In this document: positions 25,612-38,600 of the stretch, piece by piece
How positions within the stretch are numbered: position 1 is the stretch's first letter
Layout of the letters: each line of letters begins with the position of its first letter
Source of the DNA: an uncultured bacterium
GTDB lineage: Bacteria; UBP14; UBA6098
Reading direction: 5' to 3'
Assembly: GCA_964606695.1 (NCBI GenBank)
Contig: CAZSHG010000004.1
Coordinates: 97,725-161,724, forward strand
Length of the DNA: 64,000 bases
Translations under genes and position numbers: made by a program
Notes under the pieces: model-generated
Seen by the model: the letters and a program-made list of their open reading frames with translations, nothing else
What the model was told of the DNA's origin: nothing
Databases searched by the model: none

Positions 25612-26208
25612 TTAGTCCAGGACTTCCACCTTTTCCATGACGATGGTGGTCTGGGGGACATCCGAGGGGAAGGGCGATTTCGGGCCGGTGGGGGTTTCGG
25701 CTATTTTATCGACAACGTCCATGCCGTCGATGACCTTGCCGAAAACCGCATATCCCCATCCTCGGGCGTTCTCGCCGGTGAAGTTCAGGAAAGTGTTGTC
25801 TTTGTGATTGATGAAGAACTGGGCCGTCGCCGAGTGGGGATCGTTGGTGCGTGCCATGGCGATTGTGCCCCGGTCGTTTTTGAGGCCGTTGTTGGCTTCG
25901 TTCTTGATTGGGTCGTGAGTGTCCTTTTTCTGCAGATCCGCGGTGAATCCGCCTCCCTGAATCATGAAATCTTTGATTACACGATGGAAAATCGTGCCGT
26001 CGAAATAATCCTCCTCGACATAGGTGAGGAAATTTTCCACGGTGATTGGAGCTTTTTCCGGGTAGAGTTCGACATCGATGTTGCCCATGTTGGTCGTGAT
26101 TCGGACTACCGGGTTGTTACCAGCTTCCATTTTCGCCTCCGATTCTTGCGCAAAAGCCACCCCGAAAGCCAGCATTGCGATTATGATGGTTGTTAGAATT
26201 TCTCTCAT
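25612..26208 (-). CDS. ppiB: Cyclophilin-type peptidyl-prolyl cis-trans isomerase, periplasmic.
   Basis: Signal peptide plus cyclophilin signature [16 protein letters not shown] ... [21 protein letters not shown]. Confidence 0.9.
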   Translation of the reverse strand: MREILTTIIIAMLAFGVAFAQESEAKMEAGNNPVVRITTNMGNIDVELYPEKAPITVENFLTYVEEDYFDGTIFHRVIKDFMIQGGGFTADLQKKDTHDPIKNEANNGLKNDRGTIAMARTNDPHSATAQFFINHKDNTFLNFTGENARGWGYAVFGKVIDGMDVVDKIAETPTGPKSPFPSDVPQTTIVMEKVEVLD

Positions 26209-26241
26209 TTTGTTCTCCTTTTGTTTTTGAGGGAAACCGAA

Positions 26242-28779
26242 TTACGGCGTCCCCTCGTATTTATCAATTTTATCTCTTGCTAAAGCTACTATCGAATCGT
26301 TGTCCGAGGTCTCTATCATCCAATGCCACACCATTTTGGCATCGGGGATACGTTCGCGGAACTCCAGAGCCAGAGATAAACTATACAATGCATCCTGGTC
26401 GTCGCTTCCGGCGCAGGCTAATGTATCCCCCGGCATTGGCAACAGAAGTTTCAAAGCCTCATCGACTTCTCCTAATCTAACAGCAATCTTGCCAAGTTGC
26501 TCTCCGAGTTCGCATCGAAAATCTCCCGGTGGCAGAGTATCATATACTTCGCGGGCGATATCAAAACCTCTCTCGTATTCCGCCATCTTATAATAAACAC
26601 GCACGAGTCCCATGAAGGCGTTAGTTCTGAGTGTCTGTGTCGCACCTGGATTGTCTCGGAGGTTATTGAACAGTATTCGAGCTTCGGGGTATCTGCCGAG
26701 TTCTTCGTAAGTCACGGCGAGTCGATATTCCGCGATGTTTAACTGCGTGGTGTCCTGCGCCTTTTCGATGACCTCGTTGTAGGCCTCCATCGCGCGGTCG
26801 ATTTCGTTCTGTTCCATGAAAAAATCGCCGAATGCGATCATCCCGCGCACAGCCACCGGATAGTATGGGAATTCGCCCAGCAACTGCGAGAAGATCTCCT
26901 CCGCCGCGGACGTATCCCCCAGGCCGAGATAGCATAGCCCCATGCGATAACTGGCCTCAACCCAGATTGAGTCCGGGATGCTACGCATTCGCAGTCGGTC
27001 GAAAGTAATAGCGCCCTTTTCGTAATCGCCGATTTCGCAGAGATAACTTCCGACATCCAGCAATATCTCGCCGACTAAAGGCGAATCCGGGTATTTTTCC
27101 AGGAAATTCTCTGTTATCTGCATCGGGTCTTCGTAGATACCCAGGGCGTAACGGGCGCGTTCGGCGGAAAATCTTACCCTATCCGCAGTTTCTCTGGAAA
27201 CCGAATAGAGTTCGATATCGTCGGATAGGCGGATAATATCTGAATATTGTTTGCGGGCAAGGAGCATGTCGTTCAATCGCGCTACGACATTATCGGCTCT
27301 GCGATTACGTCGATAGATGGATAGGAAATCCCAGCTCCTGTCTATTACTCGAAGCGTATCGCCCATGGCGTCGTAGCATAGGATGAGGTCGTAAAGGGCT
27401 TCGTCGCAGACCACGCCACGACAGGTTTTCAGAAAATCCTGCAACTCCTGAGCGGCTCTTCCGGGACGTCCCTCGGTCAAAAACGTTTCGGCATATATCA
27501 GCCGCGCGTGTTCAGCGAAATCGTCCTCATGGCCGGAGAAGATGGCGGAGAGATAGATTCGCGCGTCGTCGTAGCGGCGATTGCGGATATGGCACCACGC
27601 GATTCCCCAACTCGATTCGCGTTTACGATCTTCGGTATAATCGTAGGTAAGCTGGAAAAACGACATCGCCTCCCGATATCTGCGCCTTTGATAAGCCGAT
27701 TCCCCGGCGAATAGATATCCTTCTCCCTTTAAATCCGAACTCTCGGCGACTTCCGCCGCCCGGATAAAATTATTCTGTGCGGCGGACAATTCGCTATCCT
27801 GCAGGAACAGATACCCGATTCGTAGAAGGACGTCGGCCTTTAAATCGGGTGCGAGATTGGCTATAAGAACACTGTCCTGATCGGCACGAGTGGCTTTAGT
27901 CTCGATCTCCCCGAGAAGCGAGAGGTAAGGCAGTCTGCCGATGTATGGTGAATCGGGGAATCTCTGCCGAAGCCTGCCGAACTCTCGCATCGCAACCAGA
28001 TGCCTGTTCTCCATAAAATCGACAGCGCCGAGTAAAAACAGAGCCTCGTCCGCCCACCAATGCGCGGATTTGCGCGAGGAATTATCATAGAACTTCATCG
28101 CGGATTCCAATCGATGGCGGCAACCCGCCCAATCGGCCTGTGTAAAATCGATTGATCCCATGCGGTAATTTATTTCACCCTCCAAAAGATTTCTCGGATA
28201 TTTGTCCAGCAGGTTTTCGAAGACCTTTTCCGCGCGTTCCGCCGATCCCATTCTACTTAAGGACAATCCCTCGAAATATCCTGCCATAAGCCGCATTATC
28301 GCCTGTCCCTGGATACCGTTTGCCAGCGGATGGAATATCGTCGATGAAGAATCGTAATCTCCTATAACAAAATGCCATACGCCCAACCAGAACCTTCCCC
28401 AGGGGGGGCTTCTAACGGAGAAGACTTCGCGGAGATATTCCTCCTGTCCGCTTTGGTGAATAATGTCTCCGATCCAGAAGGCGGCCCAATCGGAATAGGG
28501 ATCGGAGTAAGGAGGTTTTATCGCGGAAGAATAACTCTCTATGGCACGGCGATTCCATTCGAGGGCCTGGTAGCTATATCCTCTGATCAAGGCCTCGCGC
28601 GCGCTCACTTCTCCGTCAAGATCACAGCCGACGAAGTAATGCGCCACACCGGGGTCGTTACGGATTATCTCCCGTGCCCAGTAGTCTTCAAATGTCTGAT
28701 TCGATTGGGATTGTGCGAAGCATAACGAGATAAAACACAGCGCAAGCGCCTTAATCAGGCCGCTCGAGCGCGGTGTCAT
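26242..28779 (-). CDS. Large tetratricopeptide-repeat (TPR) protein, secreted. The likely start is the internal Met (MTPRSSGLIKALALCF) at about 28779.
   Basis: About 845 aa of repeated TPR-like helical hairpins with many A/Y/L-rich 34-aa units. N-terminal signal peptide. Confidence 0.65.
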   Translation of the reverse strand: MTPRSSGLIKALALCFISLCFAQSQSNQTFEDYWAREIIRNDPGVAHYFVGCDLDGEVSAREALIRGYSYQALEWNRRAIESYSSAIKPPYSDPYSDWAAFWIGDIIHQSGQEEYLREVFSVRSPPWGRFWLGVWHFVIGDYDSSSTIFHPLANGIQGQAIMRLMAGYFEGLSLSRMGSAERAEKVFENLLDKYPRNLLEGEINYRMGSIDFTQADWAGCRHRLESAMKFYDNSSRKSAHWWADEALFLLGAVDFMENRHLVAMREFGRLRQRFPDSPYIGRLPYLSLLGEIETKATRADQDSVLIANLAPDLKADVLLRIGYLFLQDSELSAAQNNFIRAAEVAESSDLKGEGYLFAGESAYQRRRYREAMSFFQLTYDYTEDRKRESSWGIAWCHIRNRRYDDARIYLSAIFSGHEDDFAEHARLIYAETFLTEGRPGRAAQELQDFLKTCRGVVCDEALYDLILCYDAMGDTLRVIDRSWDFLSIYRRNRRADNVVARLNDMLLARKQYSDIIRLSDDIELYSVSRETADRVRFSAERARYALGIYEDPMQITENFLEKYPDSPLVGEILLDVGSYLCEIGDYEKGAITFDRLRMRSIPDSIWVEASYRMGLCYLGLGDTSAAEEIFSQLLGEFPYYPVAVRGMIAFGDFFMEQNEIDRAMEAYNEVIEKAQDTTQLNIAEYRLAVTYEELGRYPEARILFNNLRDNPGATQTLRTNAFMGLVRVYYKMAEYERGFDIAREVYDTLPPGDFRCELGEQLGKIAVRLGEVDEALKLLLPMPGDTLACAGSDDQDALYSLSLALEFRERIPDAKMVWHWMIETSDNDSIVALARDKIDKYEGTP

Positions 28780-29557
28780 CCTCTTCTTCTTCTCGGTTGG
28801 GAGCATAGAGTTGTGAAATGCCTGCACTTATTGAAGTTTCGTCTTTGCCAAAATATGTGGCTTCAAGTGAGATAACATAACCTTTTCCAACGTCGATGTC
28901 AAGCCCCAAGAGCGGTTTAGGATATTGCCCCGGGTCGGTGAAAAGTTGTGTCGTCGAGGCGTATGGTTCGGGGTTTGACGAGAAATAATCGATATATTTT
29001 CGACCGGTGATATAGGTCCAATGGACGCCGACGTAAGGCTTGATTCTGCCGAATTCCCAGCTTCCGTAGAGAGAAAGATCGATGTTCTGGAATCGATAAT
29101 TGACGTTCGTATGTCGAGTTGTTCCGAAGGGGATAGTCCCGGACGTTTTTGTGGTTAGCCACGTTGCGGCGGCATACCAGCGAATGGGATAATAACATGT
29201 CTGACATCCGAGGTTCGGGTAAAAGACGGCGTAGTGTAACCGCGTGCCAAGACCGAATGCCATCTCGCCGCTACCATTGAAATCGCTCTGGGGTATATTC
29301 ATATCGGTAACGCCGATATAACCGTAAAGATCGAGGAACTTCAGGATACCGAGAGACGGTTTGGCCAGAATCCTCTGCGAAGTTATTTTGAAATCCGTTC
29401 CGGGATAACGGATTTTCCACTTCTCATAGGTATATTCGACGGCCATGCCGAAACGTTCGTGTGGCGTTTCGGAAGTCGGGTTTGCGACCATAATCGCCTT
29501 AAGCGGCATTGCCAGAGCGATTACACCTAATACTATGAGGATAGTCTTTTTCAACAT
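28751..29557 (-). CDS. Small outer-membrane beta-barrel protein (about 268 aa), immediately downstream of the giant adhesin gene. The likely start is MLKKTILIVL at 29557.
   Basis: Signal peptide. Alternating amphipathic beta-strand pattern. C-terminus is a non-aromatic Asp (…LERPD), which is atypical for OMPs. Confidence 0.45.
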   Translation of the reverse strand: MLKKTILIVLGVIALAMPLKAIMVANPTSETPHERFGMAVEYTYEKWKIRYPGTDFKITSQRILAKPSLGILKFLDLYGYIGVTDMNIPQSDFNGSGEMAFGLGTRLHYAVFYPNLGCQTCYYPIRWYAAATWLTTKTSGTIPFGTTRHTNVNYRFQNIDLSLYGSWEFGRIKPYVGVHWTYITGRKYIDYFSSNPEPYASTTQLFTDPGQYPKPLLGLDIDVGKGYVISLEATYFGKDETSISAGISQLYAPNREEEEDDTALERPD

Positions 29558-29606
29558 ATCACTCCAATCCACCGGCGGGAGCCAAAGCCCCCGCCGGTTG
29601 AGCTTA

Positions 29607-32600
29607 TTAATCCTCTTCTCGGATATAGAACTCGTTTCTTCTTATCACGGCCCTTTCAGGAACCGTAGCTGAATCGGAAACTTCGGGGTCGTATTCCGGC
29701 CGCCGTCTTCTCGATACGTATGTAACCGATGTATTAATAACGGCACCCGTGCTATTTATGGTTACCATCAGGACATCGGTGCTCGGAGCGGTGGAATCTG
29801 GGGCTGTCAGTGTCCAGCTCGTCTCGCCGGTTGCGCCGGTTACTGCGTTACCGCCGCCGGATGCGCTTGCCGCGGAAAGCGTTACGCTCTCGCCGGCAAT
29901 TGGGTTATCCCATTGATCGACGATACGCGTGCTGACCAGATATGAAGTATTATATGGAACTTCAGACGGAGCCGTTATCGACGAATGACTGGAATTCGGT
30001 AGATCGTGCTTCAGATATACAACATTATTAGCAGTAACACCGCCAATATTAGCCGTAACGTCCACTATACGAGCCGTATCCTGGTTTGCGTAATCATCCC
30101 GGAACAGGTTAGCGCCGGTATAATTACTAATTGCGTAACTGCCGTAGCATTCGTTAATCGAGGTAACCGGCGAGGACGCCGTTCCCCAATCCGCGATAAC
30201 ATTCACGCTGGTTCCGTTAACTACGGGACGGCGGTTAACGTCCCAAATCGAGACCTGGATTTCCGCCGTTCCGGTAGCATCGGCATATACCATATATGGC
30301 GAGATGGAAATACTAATCGAGTCCGCCGGGCCGCTGTTGTAGAAGAAAGTAGTATCGGCACGGGTTCCGGATGTATCTCGTGTTTCGGCGGAGATAGTTA
30401 CGATGCCGCTATCCCTCGGCGACGATGAATACCAGGTAGCGAAAGCGAATCCGGAATCGTCCGTCACCGACGATGTTGTAACCGCGCCCTGTAACGCGGT
30501 GAACCATACTGCCGTTCCGGGCGCAACCGGGTTATCGTAAACATCGGTAACGATTGCCATCACTGAGTTCGCTACGCCGTCGGTATCGAAACCCGGAACA
30601 TTGCAATCGCCTACGGAGACCGAAACATGATACGGTAATCCGCTTCCTATAGTAATCCTCGGCGCACGCGAATCGATAGATCCGCCGGCAGGAATATATG
30701 CCACCGCCTCGATGACCATAGACCCAGATCTGTCGCCGCTTCGTGCCGCGACGCTGGCGCGACCGGCCATCGTATATACCGTATCGCTGACCAATCCGCC
30801 GCCTGGAATAAGTTCCGGATTGATAGAGCCACCGATCGGGTAATCGACGATTCGGAATATTACTGCGCAACTATCGCGAACCGGATTATCGTATTGATCG
30901 AATATTACCGCCTCTATAACCGCCTGGTCTATTTCGCCTACACCGCGGATATAAATAAAGTCTCTACTGACATCGATATCCATCGTATGAGGTGGGCCTG
31001 CTTTAAGGAGAATATTTGCGTGCGCTGTGATTTCATCGACGGTCGCCGTAACACCGGTCATACCTGCTTTCAGGCCGGGCGTGTAGAACGTCGAGAAGTA
31101 ACCGCTGTCATCGACTGCGACTATCGGATCGGCGATACTACCCGTTCCGATGCTATCGACAGTGAGATATACATAAGTTCCCGCCGCGACGGGATTTCCC
31201 ACGCCGTCGGTTACCATACCGCTAACCACACTCGACGTTGTGCTTCCGACTGTAGCCGTATCGGGCACAACGGATAACTCGATATCCGCTGGCGAGCCGG
31301 CTTCGTAGGTAACAGCGACCCTGGACGTTTCTCCCAGGCATGTCGCCTTTATAGTATCCACGCCGCTTGTATCGGCGGCTACCAATAAGGCTTCCGCGAT
31401 ACCTCCCGATAGATAATCGAAAGGAGTAATCAGGCCGAGATCCGCCGTAAATCTCACTATAACTCCGTTTGCAATCGGATTACCATCGGAGTCGAGAACT
31501 AGCGCTCTGACATCCGCAGTTGAAGATCCGTCGGCAGGCAAGCCTCGCGGAGTAATGCTGAGGATTATCGTATCTACCGAATCTGGCACGAAGTCGATAG
31601 GCAGATAACCTGTCGCTCCGCCGCTTGTAGCCATCAGATATGTCGAGCCCACAGAATCGGGAGAGGTAATTCTGAATCTAACTCCGCCGTTGCCGTCCGT
31701 AACCGCTATCGGTGGGCTTACGTATCCGAATTCGAGTGTGAAGTTCACCGCCTGGTCGGGGATGGGATTGCCAAAGGCATCCTCTACCCAGGCGGAATCG
31801 CTGAGCGTATCCGCGCCATCCGCAATTAATTGGACGAAACTCGTATCGAAACGCACAACTGCCGCTTCACCGGGACTGAAGTAAACGGACTGCGTATCCG
31901 AACATACGGTATCGCTTCCCATTGGTATATATGCATAAACATAAGTGCTTCCCGCTATGGTTGGTGCGTAAAGTTCGACGGTGGCCTGTCCGCCTTCTGT
32001 GTCCTGCCTGTTCGGGACTATTAAAGCCTCTACGTTTCCCGGCGGGACGAGTTGCGTGAATCGCACAATCGTGCCGTCGGCTATCTCGAAACCGGTCGAG
32101 TCCGTTACGAAGGCTCTAACGTTCGTGCTCGAAATACCGTCGGCATCCATGTATCTTGTGTCTATCGAAAGGCCGATATCCGCTACGGTAGTCGGCATGA
32201 GTTCTACCTGCGTTATACCTGTTGCCGAACCACAGTTAGCGGTAATTACGGCCATTCCCGCATATCTACCTGCTCTGAATCTTATATCGAAAGCTCCGGT
32301 ATCGTTTGTAGCGGTAACAGGTGTAATCGTGCCGTAATCAGATGGATTGATGCTCAAATTAACTATTTGTCCCGCATTCACCGGATTGCCTTCTTCGTCG
32401 TAAACGACTCCGTAAATACGCGTTGTATCCGTTTCATTGGCAAGTAGCGATGAATCTGCCGGCCACATGCGTATCAGATACGGATCGCCAGGCACGAATT
32501 CTATTGATACTGTGTCGGTGGAATCGCCGCTGGTGGCGACGAGGGTATCCCACCCAACGCTTGTATATGAAGTAACAGTCCCATAAACTACGCCATCGAC

Positions 32601-35600
32601 AGTAGTGGCAAACAACGGCGAAATACTGCCGAGATTCAATTCACTGAATCTCACGGGGGTGCCGTCCGAAACGGGGACACCAACGGTATCCAGGACATAA
32701 CAGGTAACTCCCGCCGTCGATGTTCCGTCGGCTGTCAACCTGGACGGCGACACCGTGAGTAACACGTCGCCGACGTCGGTGGGCGCAAATTCGATAAGTA
32801 TATTCGCGCCCGTGGCACCCGCACTTGCGGTTATGTTACTGAAACCGGCGGACGTTCCGGATAGTAGTCTCGCTCTGGCTCTGCCCAGCGTATCGGTATA
32901 TGCGGTCGATGGAATAGTTCCCAGTGAAGCTGAGAAATTAACTGCAACTCCACTACCGACCGAATTACCGAATATATCCTGAACATAGACCATTATCGAT
33001 GTTGTGTCCGCCCCATTAGCGACGATAACCGTGTCGGAAGCTTCTATATACATAATTTCCGGCGGACCTGGGATAAATCTCGCCATAGTCGTATCTACCG
33101 CGGTCGTTCCCGCACTTGCGACCACGAATACGGAATCGGAAGGCGTAGTGCTGGCGATGAGCGTGCTGGTAGCAACGCCTCCTGCCGTATAACCAATCAC
33201 CGGCGAGACAATACCGTCTGAGGTTGAGAATTTAACGATAGTCCCATCCGAAACGGGGTAGCCCGACGTATCGAATACTACTGCAGTCAAATCCGCGTTA
33301 TCCGAACCGTTCGCCGTAAGTGTAGGAGGATTGACCACAAGATACAGTGTATCGGCTATCAACGGGATGAAATTCAATGTAGCGTAACCCGCGGCACCTC
33401 CGCAGGTAGCGGAAATACTCGCCGTTCCGAAATCGGCGCTGGAAACTACTACAGCAGAGGCTCTTCCAAGAGTGTCCGTTGCAGATGGGGAAGTTATACT
33501 TCCAATCGTTATCCCGAAGTTTACGGACAGACCAGGCGAAACCGTGTTTCCGAAGGCGTCGGTTATTTCTACCGTAACGAGTTGTGTATCCGCACCGTCG
33601 GCATACATATCGCGTATCGGCGGGATAAAGGAGACTATAGCCGGCGGTCCGGGAGTAAACTCAACAACCGCTGTATCCGCAAGCGTAGCGCTAACGCTGG
33701 CTATAACAGTGTCATAACCGGCGATAACACTCGATAATAAGGCCGTGGTTACTTTGCCGCCTTCGGTATAACACGTTGTAGGACTCAATATTCCGCTTCC
33801 AATATTCTGGAAAGTAACAGGCGTATTATCAGACACAGGTCTTGTTCTTCCCAGGGAATCGATATTGAATACCGTTGCCAATACATTACTCGTAGATACG
33901 CCGTCCGCCGTAAGTCGCACGGGATTTGCGACTATGCTAATTAGATCCGCATCGAGTGTTGTAAACTCGTAAGGTTTACTTGCCACCGCTCCCTCACTTC
34001 GTGCTGTGATAAATGCAGGACCGGCTTCCGTGCTCGAAACGAGCGTCCTCGCCGAACCGCTGGTCGAGTCCACCGCAACGGGCGAAATTATTTCTCCCCG
34101 GCTCGTCTCGAATGTAACAGCGGTTCCAATATCCACGGGGTTAGTGTATTCATCGTAAACGTGGACAACGACGGGATAGCCTGAACCGTCGGCAGGCAGA
34201 GTCGTGGTATACATCGTATCGAAGATTATTATAGCAGGTTCGCCCGCCTGATAGGTTACCTCGAAGGTATCCGCGACAGTAGCGCCGACGTTGGCGATTA
34301 TCCTGCCCGTTCCGACGCCGATTGGCGCGGTAAGTTCGACATGCACCGTGCCGGCGTCCGTGAATACTATCCGTGGGGTTATAATCCCTCGAATGAAGCT
34401 ACCTGAAGTGTCCTGTGTGAACGATACCCTCGTGCCGTCGGAGACGTAAAGCCCACTGGAATATACCCATGCCTTAACATTGGCAGTCGATGTTCCGTCG
34501 CCCTGGAGAATTGCGGGATTGATAGTCATTACTATTTCATCCGCGATGAGCGAATCCAGCCGAACATCGACGAATTGAATCGCTTCCTGACAACGGATTG
34601 TTATAAGCGCGTCGCCAACTTCGGTTCCGGCGGTAAGTCTGGTGAATACATAACCAGCGGAATTCGTATATCCTGTCGGTATAACCGAGCCGAGAGTCGT
34701 CTCGAAACTAACCGGAGTGCCCGGTCTAACGGGATTAGAGAACCGGTCGTAAACTGTGCATTCCACTGCGGTAACTGAAGCGCCGTCGGCATACAACACC
34801 GAATCCTGGGCATAAGCGATTATCCTGTTGGCGACACCGGGATCGAGTCTTATGTTGACTGTTCCTGTATCGTCGTCGGCTATGGCTAGAATCTGCACAC
34901 TACTTGCGGCTATCGTATCCGCTCTTATAGTTGTTATCGCTATCCCACTGTCGGTATATGCTTCATTAGGTTCGGCATAAGCGAGCCCCGACGGCACGAC
35001 GAAATCCACGAGAGTCTCATCGGACACGAGGTAACCGCCCGGCGAGTAAACATGCGCGCGAACCGAAGTCGAAGAAACGCCGTCCGCCGTAAGCGAACTA
35101 CTGTCCGAATATACGATTATATTAGATACAGTGGTAGGCCTGAAATTAATCTGGTTGTAACCTACAGCCGATCCGGAATGCGCCATTATAACAGCGTCTC
35201 CAGGATTAAGACCGGACGTAAGGACAACTCTCGCAATACCACTCGTATCCGTAATCGCGCTTGAGGTAATCGTGCCGAGGCTAGTTGTAAATGTAACTTC
35301 TTGACCGGCTCTCAAGTGGTTGCCGTATTGGTCGTTCACGCGGGCATATACATACATGTGATCCCATCCGTCGGCGTTTAGGGTATCTTGTGGAACGTGA
35401 GTTGAATCTCCCCAGATTTCTATTGTCGCCGCGGAACCGGGATGTATAAATACGCGGACGCTGTCCATAATCGAGTCGCCCGGCGTGTAAACTTTGCCTA
35501 CAATCCATGCCTCGCCGTAGCCGACATCGGTACTCGACGTGAAGCTGGTAACGCACGAACCGCCCAGAGTTAGTTTGGGCGAAACGACCGTCCCGCCGGT

Positions 35601-38600
35601 ATCGGCCGGATGCACCTGGAAATAAACCTCGGTGCCGTCCGATGCCGGACTACCCTCCGTATCGTAAACGTCGCACGTGAGGACAGATTGCGACATACCG
35701 TCAGCCGTTACTACTACCGGATCGGCCGTCATCAGGAGATACCCGACGTCGCTTTGCCGTATGGTTATCGGTGTAATCTCGAATGCGTCTCCGCTACTCG
35801 CCCATACACGGGCAGTTCCGGGATCGGTTCCCGCGGTAAGCGTGGTGAAAGCCTCTCCGACGGAATTCGTCATCGTAGAGGTCGGGTAAATTGACCCGAG
35901 ATCGGTGCCGAAAGAAACGTTATGCCCGGACATAAGTGGATTATTGAAATCGTCGTATAACGTAGCCGTGAGGCCGGTATTATCCCGTCCGTTCGCCGCG
36001 ATTACGTCTGTATCCGGGATAAAGGTGATATATGAAAGATCACCCGGAAGAATCTGGACGAGCACCGAATCGCGGACGGAATCCACCGCCGCGCCTACTG
36101 CGCCTTTAATCCAGACCCTGCCTCTGATAGTCTTCACGCGGAACGTTGTATTTGCTTCGCCACTCTCTGTGTATCCGACTTCTGGAATCAAGTTTCCGAA
36201 AGTATCCGCTGGCGTGGGCGGAGATGTAAAACCGTCGGGAATCATCGAGAAATCGACACGGGTTCTATCGCTCATCGGATTTCCGAGAGTATCATATACA
36301 TTGGCTTGAACGGCCGTTTGCGAGAACCCATCCGCCTGTAGAATCGGGTTTTCGACTGTAATCGCGATATCATTCACCGCGGAATCGCTACGGGTGAACT
36401 CGACGAAGGTATCACCGCGCGCGTCGCCCGCCCTTGCGGTTACCCTGGCGACACCCACGTTATAAGTGCTCATCAGGTCGAAAATCACCATGCCGCGCGA
36501 ATTCGTTTCGTCCGAAGTCCTCGAAAGGATGCCCATACTGGCCTCGAAATCGACCTCGGTGCCGGCGGTCATAGCGTTGTAATATCTATCGTAAACATAT
36601 ACACTACAGGTCGCCACCGAGAAACTATCCGCGGGAATAACCGCAGGCGTTGGCCAGATGTCTATAATATGCGGATCGCCCGGGATAAGCTCGCACCACG
36701 TCGTATCGGCGATTGTATCGTTGCCTATATAAACCTCGGCGACGATATCGCATACACCCGCAGTAGTATCCGCACTAAATTCGGTTACGAATTCGCCGCT
36801 GTCGGTATAAACGGTCGCGGGAGAAATAAATCCGTAATTCGTGCCTGCGCTATCCGGTATCGGATAGAGGTGCACAGGTGTCATATACATAATAGGATTA
36901 CCGATAGAATCACGAACCACACCGCTAATCGTAGCGGTTGAATGCCTGTCCGCCGGGATTATATCCGGTTCGATGGACACGAAAACGTCGCCGATACCAA
37001 AGGGCACGAAATCGATATGTCCGATACCAATAGCTCCCTCGCAGGTTGCCGTAATCACGGCGGTTCCCGGAGTTGTGCCGCTTCTGAGCAGAACGGTCAC
37101 TACTCCTGTGCTATCGATCAGAGTATCGGTAACCGTAACGCCCAGCGTATCTATTGTTCCCAGATTCGATTCGAATATGACAATCTTCCCGTTTTTGACA
37201 CGATTGCCCTGGACATCGCGAACTATCGCAGTTACAGAGCATGTGTCCATTCCATCGGCGATAAGACTCAATTTGGATGGGGTTACCTCGATAACATGTG
37301 GCGGACCAGGAACGAAATTAATAAGGGTCGTATCCGCGACAGCCATGCTGTCCGTCGGATCCCAGGGATCTCCGACGTATGCGATTATCGTATCCGGCTC
37401 GAGATTCGATCGAGACGGGCTTCTGAGAGTAACCACACCCTCGCCCATCGAACTGTATCCCACTCCCGGGAATATTGTTCCGCCCGATGAATAGAAATAA
37501 ATTGGTGTTGAATCCGAGACCGCCGTTCCTGAATCATTAAGCGCGTAAGCATGAACGAGACACGTGTTTAGACCGTTGGCCGTCATAGAAAGGCTGTCAG
37601 CGAATACGTCGATTTCTGCAACTTCGAGAGGCCTGAGTTCTATAAGTCCTGCACCGGTGGGCCCGCCCGAAACGTCCGCACTGATAACGGCTATTCCGGT
37701 AGATACTCCGGCCCTGAACGTAACGACGCTCGGAGCATCGTTATCTGTATAAACATAGGGCGGTATAACAGATCCCAGACTGGTGCTTGGACCGACCGTT
37801 ATATCTACTCTCGTCCCAGCCTCCACCAGGTTATCGTATTCATCCATGACTTTGATTGTGCATGCAGAGGCGCTGACGCCATCCGCTGTAAGAATCGGAT
37901 ACTCCGGGATAACCTCGACGTGATGCGGTGGTCCCGGCACGAACCAGACGTTGATTGTATCGCTGAGTGTCGTATCGATTCTTGCGGAAACCCATGCGGT
38001 TCCTGTGCTCGGTTCGGAATATAGAGATACTACGGCGTTTCCATCCGTAGTAGTTTCCAGTGTATCGATAACGCCGAAATCGGCCCCGGTGGAATCCACG
38101 GAATGGAACACGACTATCTGGCCGTCGCTGACGGGCTGGCCGAGTTCGTTGAGAACCCTCGCGGTAATAACCGAATAACTTTCACCGTCGGCGGCTATCT
38201 TGCGCGGACTTGCCCGTAAACTTAGATACGCCGGAGGTGAAATTCCTATATTTACGGTAACCACGGCATGTATTCCCTCGGCGGTAATATCCACTCTGGC
38301 AATTGTAGGAACACTTGTCGCAGTCAACACGGCGGTAACTTCGCCGCGCGAATTTGTATATCCATAAACTGGGCTTATATTTGCACCGGTCGCCGAAAAA
38401 TCTACTCGAACGCCTGAACCGACGGGATTATCATATCTGTCATACAGAATCGCATGGACAATAGTAAAGTCTTCGCCGTTGGCCACAAGAGCTGAATCTT
38501 CTGCCCAGGCATCGATACTGTCAACCGGGCCAGGCACCATATCTATAAATATGCCTCCGCAGGTAGTATCCACGGAATCGTGGGTGCAGGCTGTAAACCA

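Noticed and set aside
29572-29597. GC hairpin (ccggcggg...cccgccgg) between the giant adhesin stop and the outer-membrane-protein start.
   Set aside because: It has no adjacent U-tract on the transcribed strand and overlaps the probable ribosome-binding region of the downstream gene. It is probably incidental or a minor attenuator and not worth a separate call.
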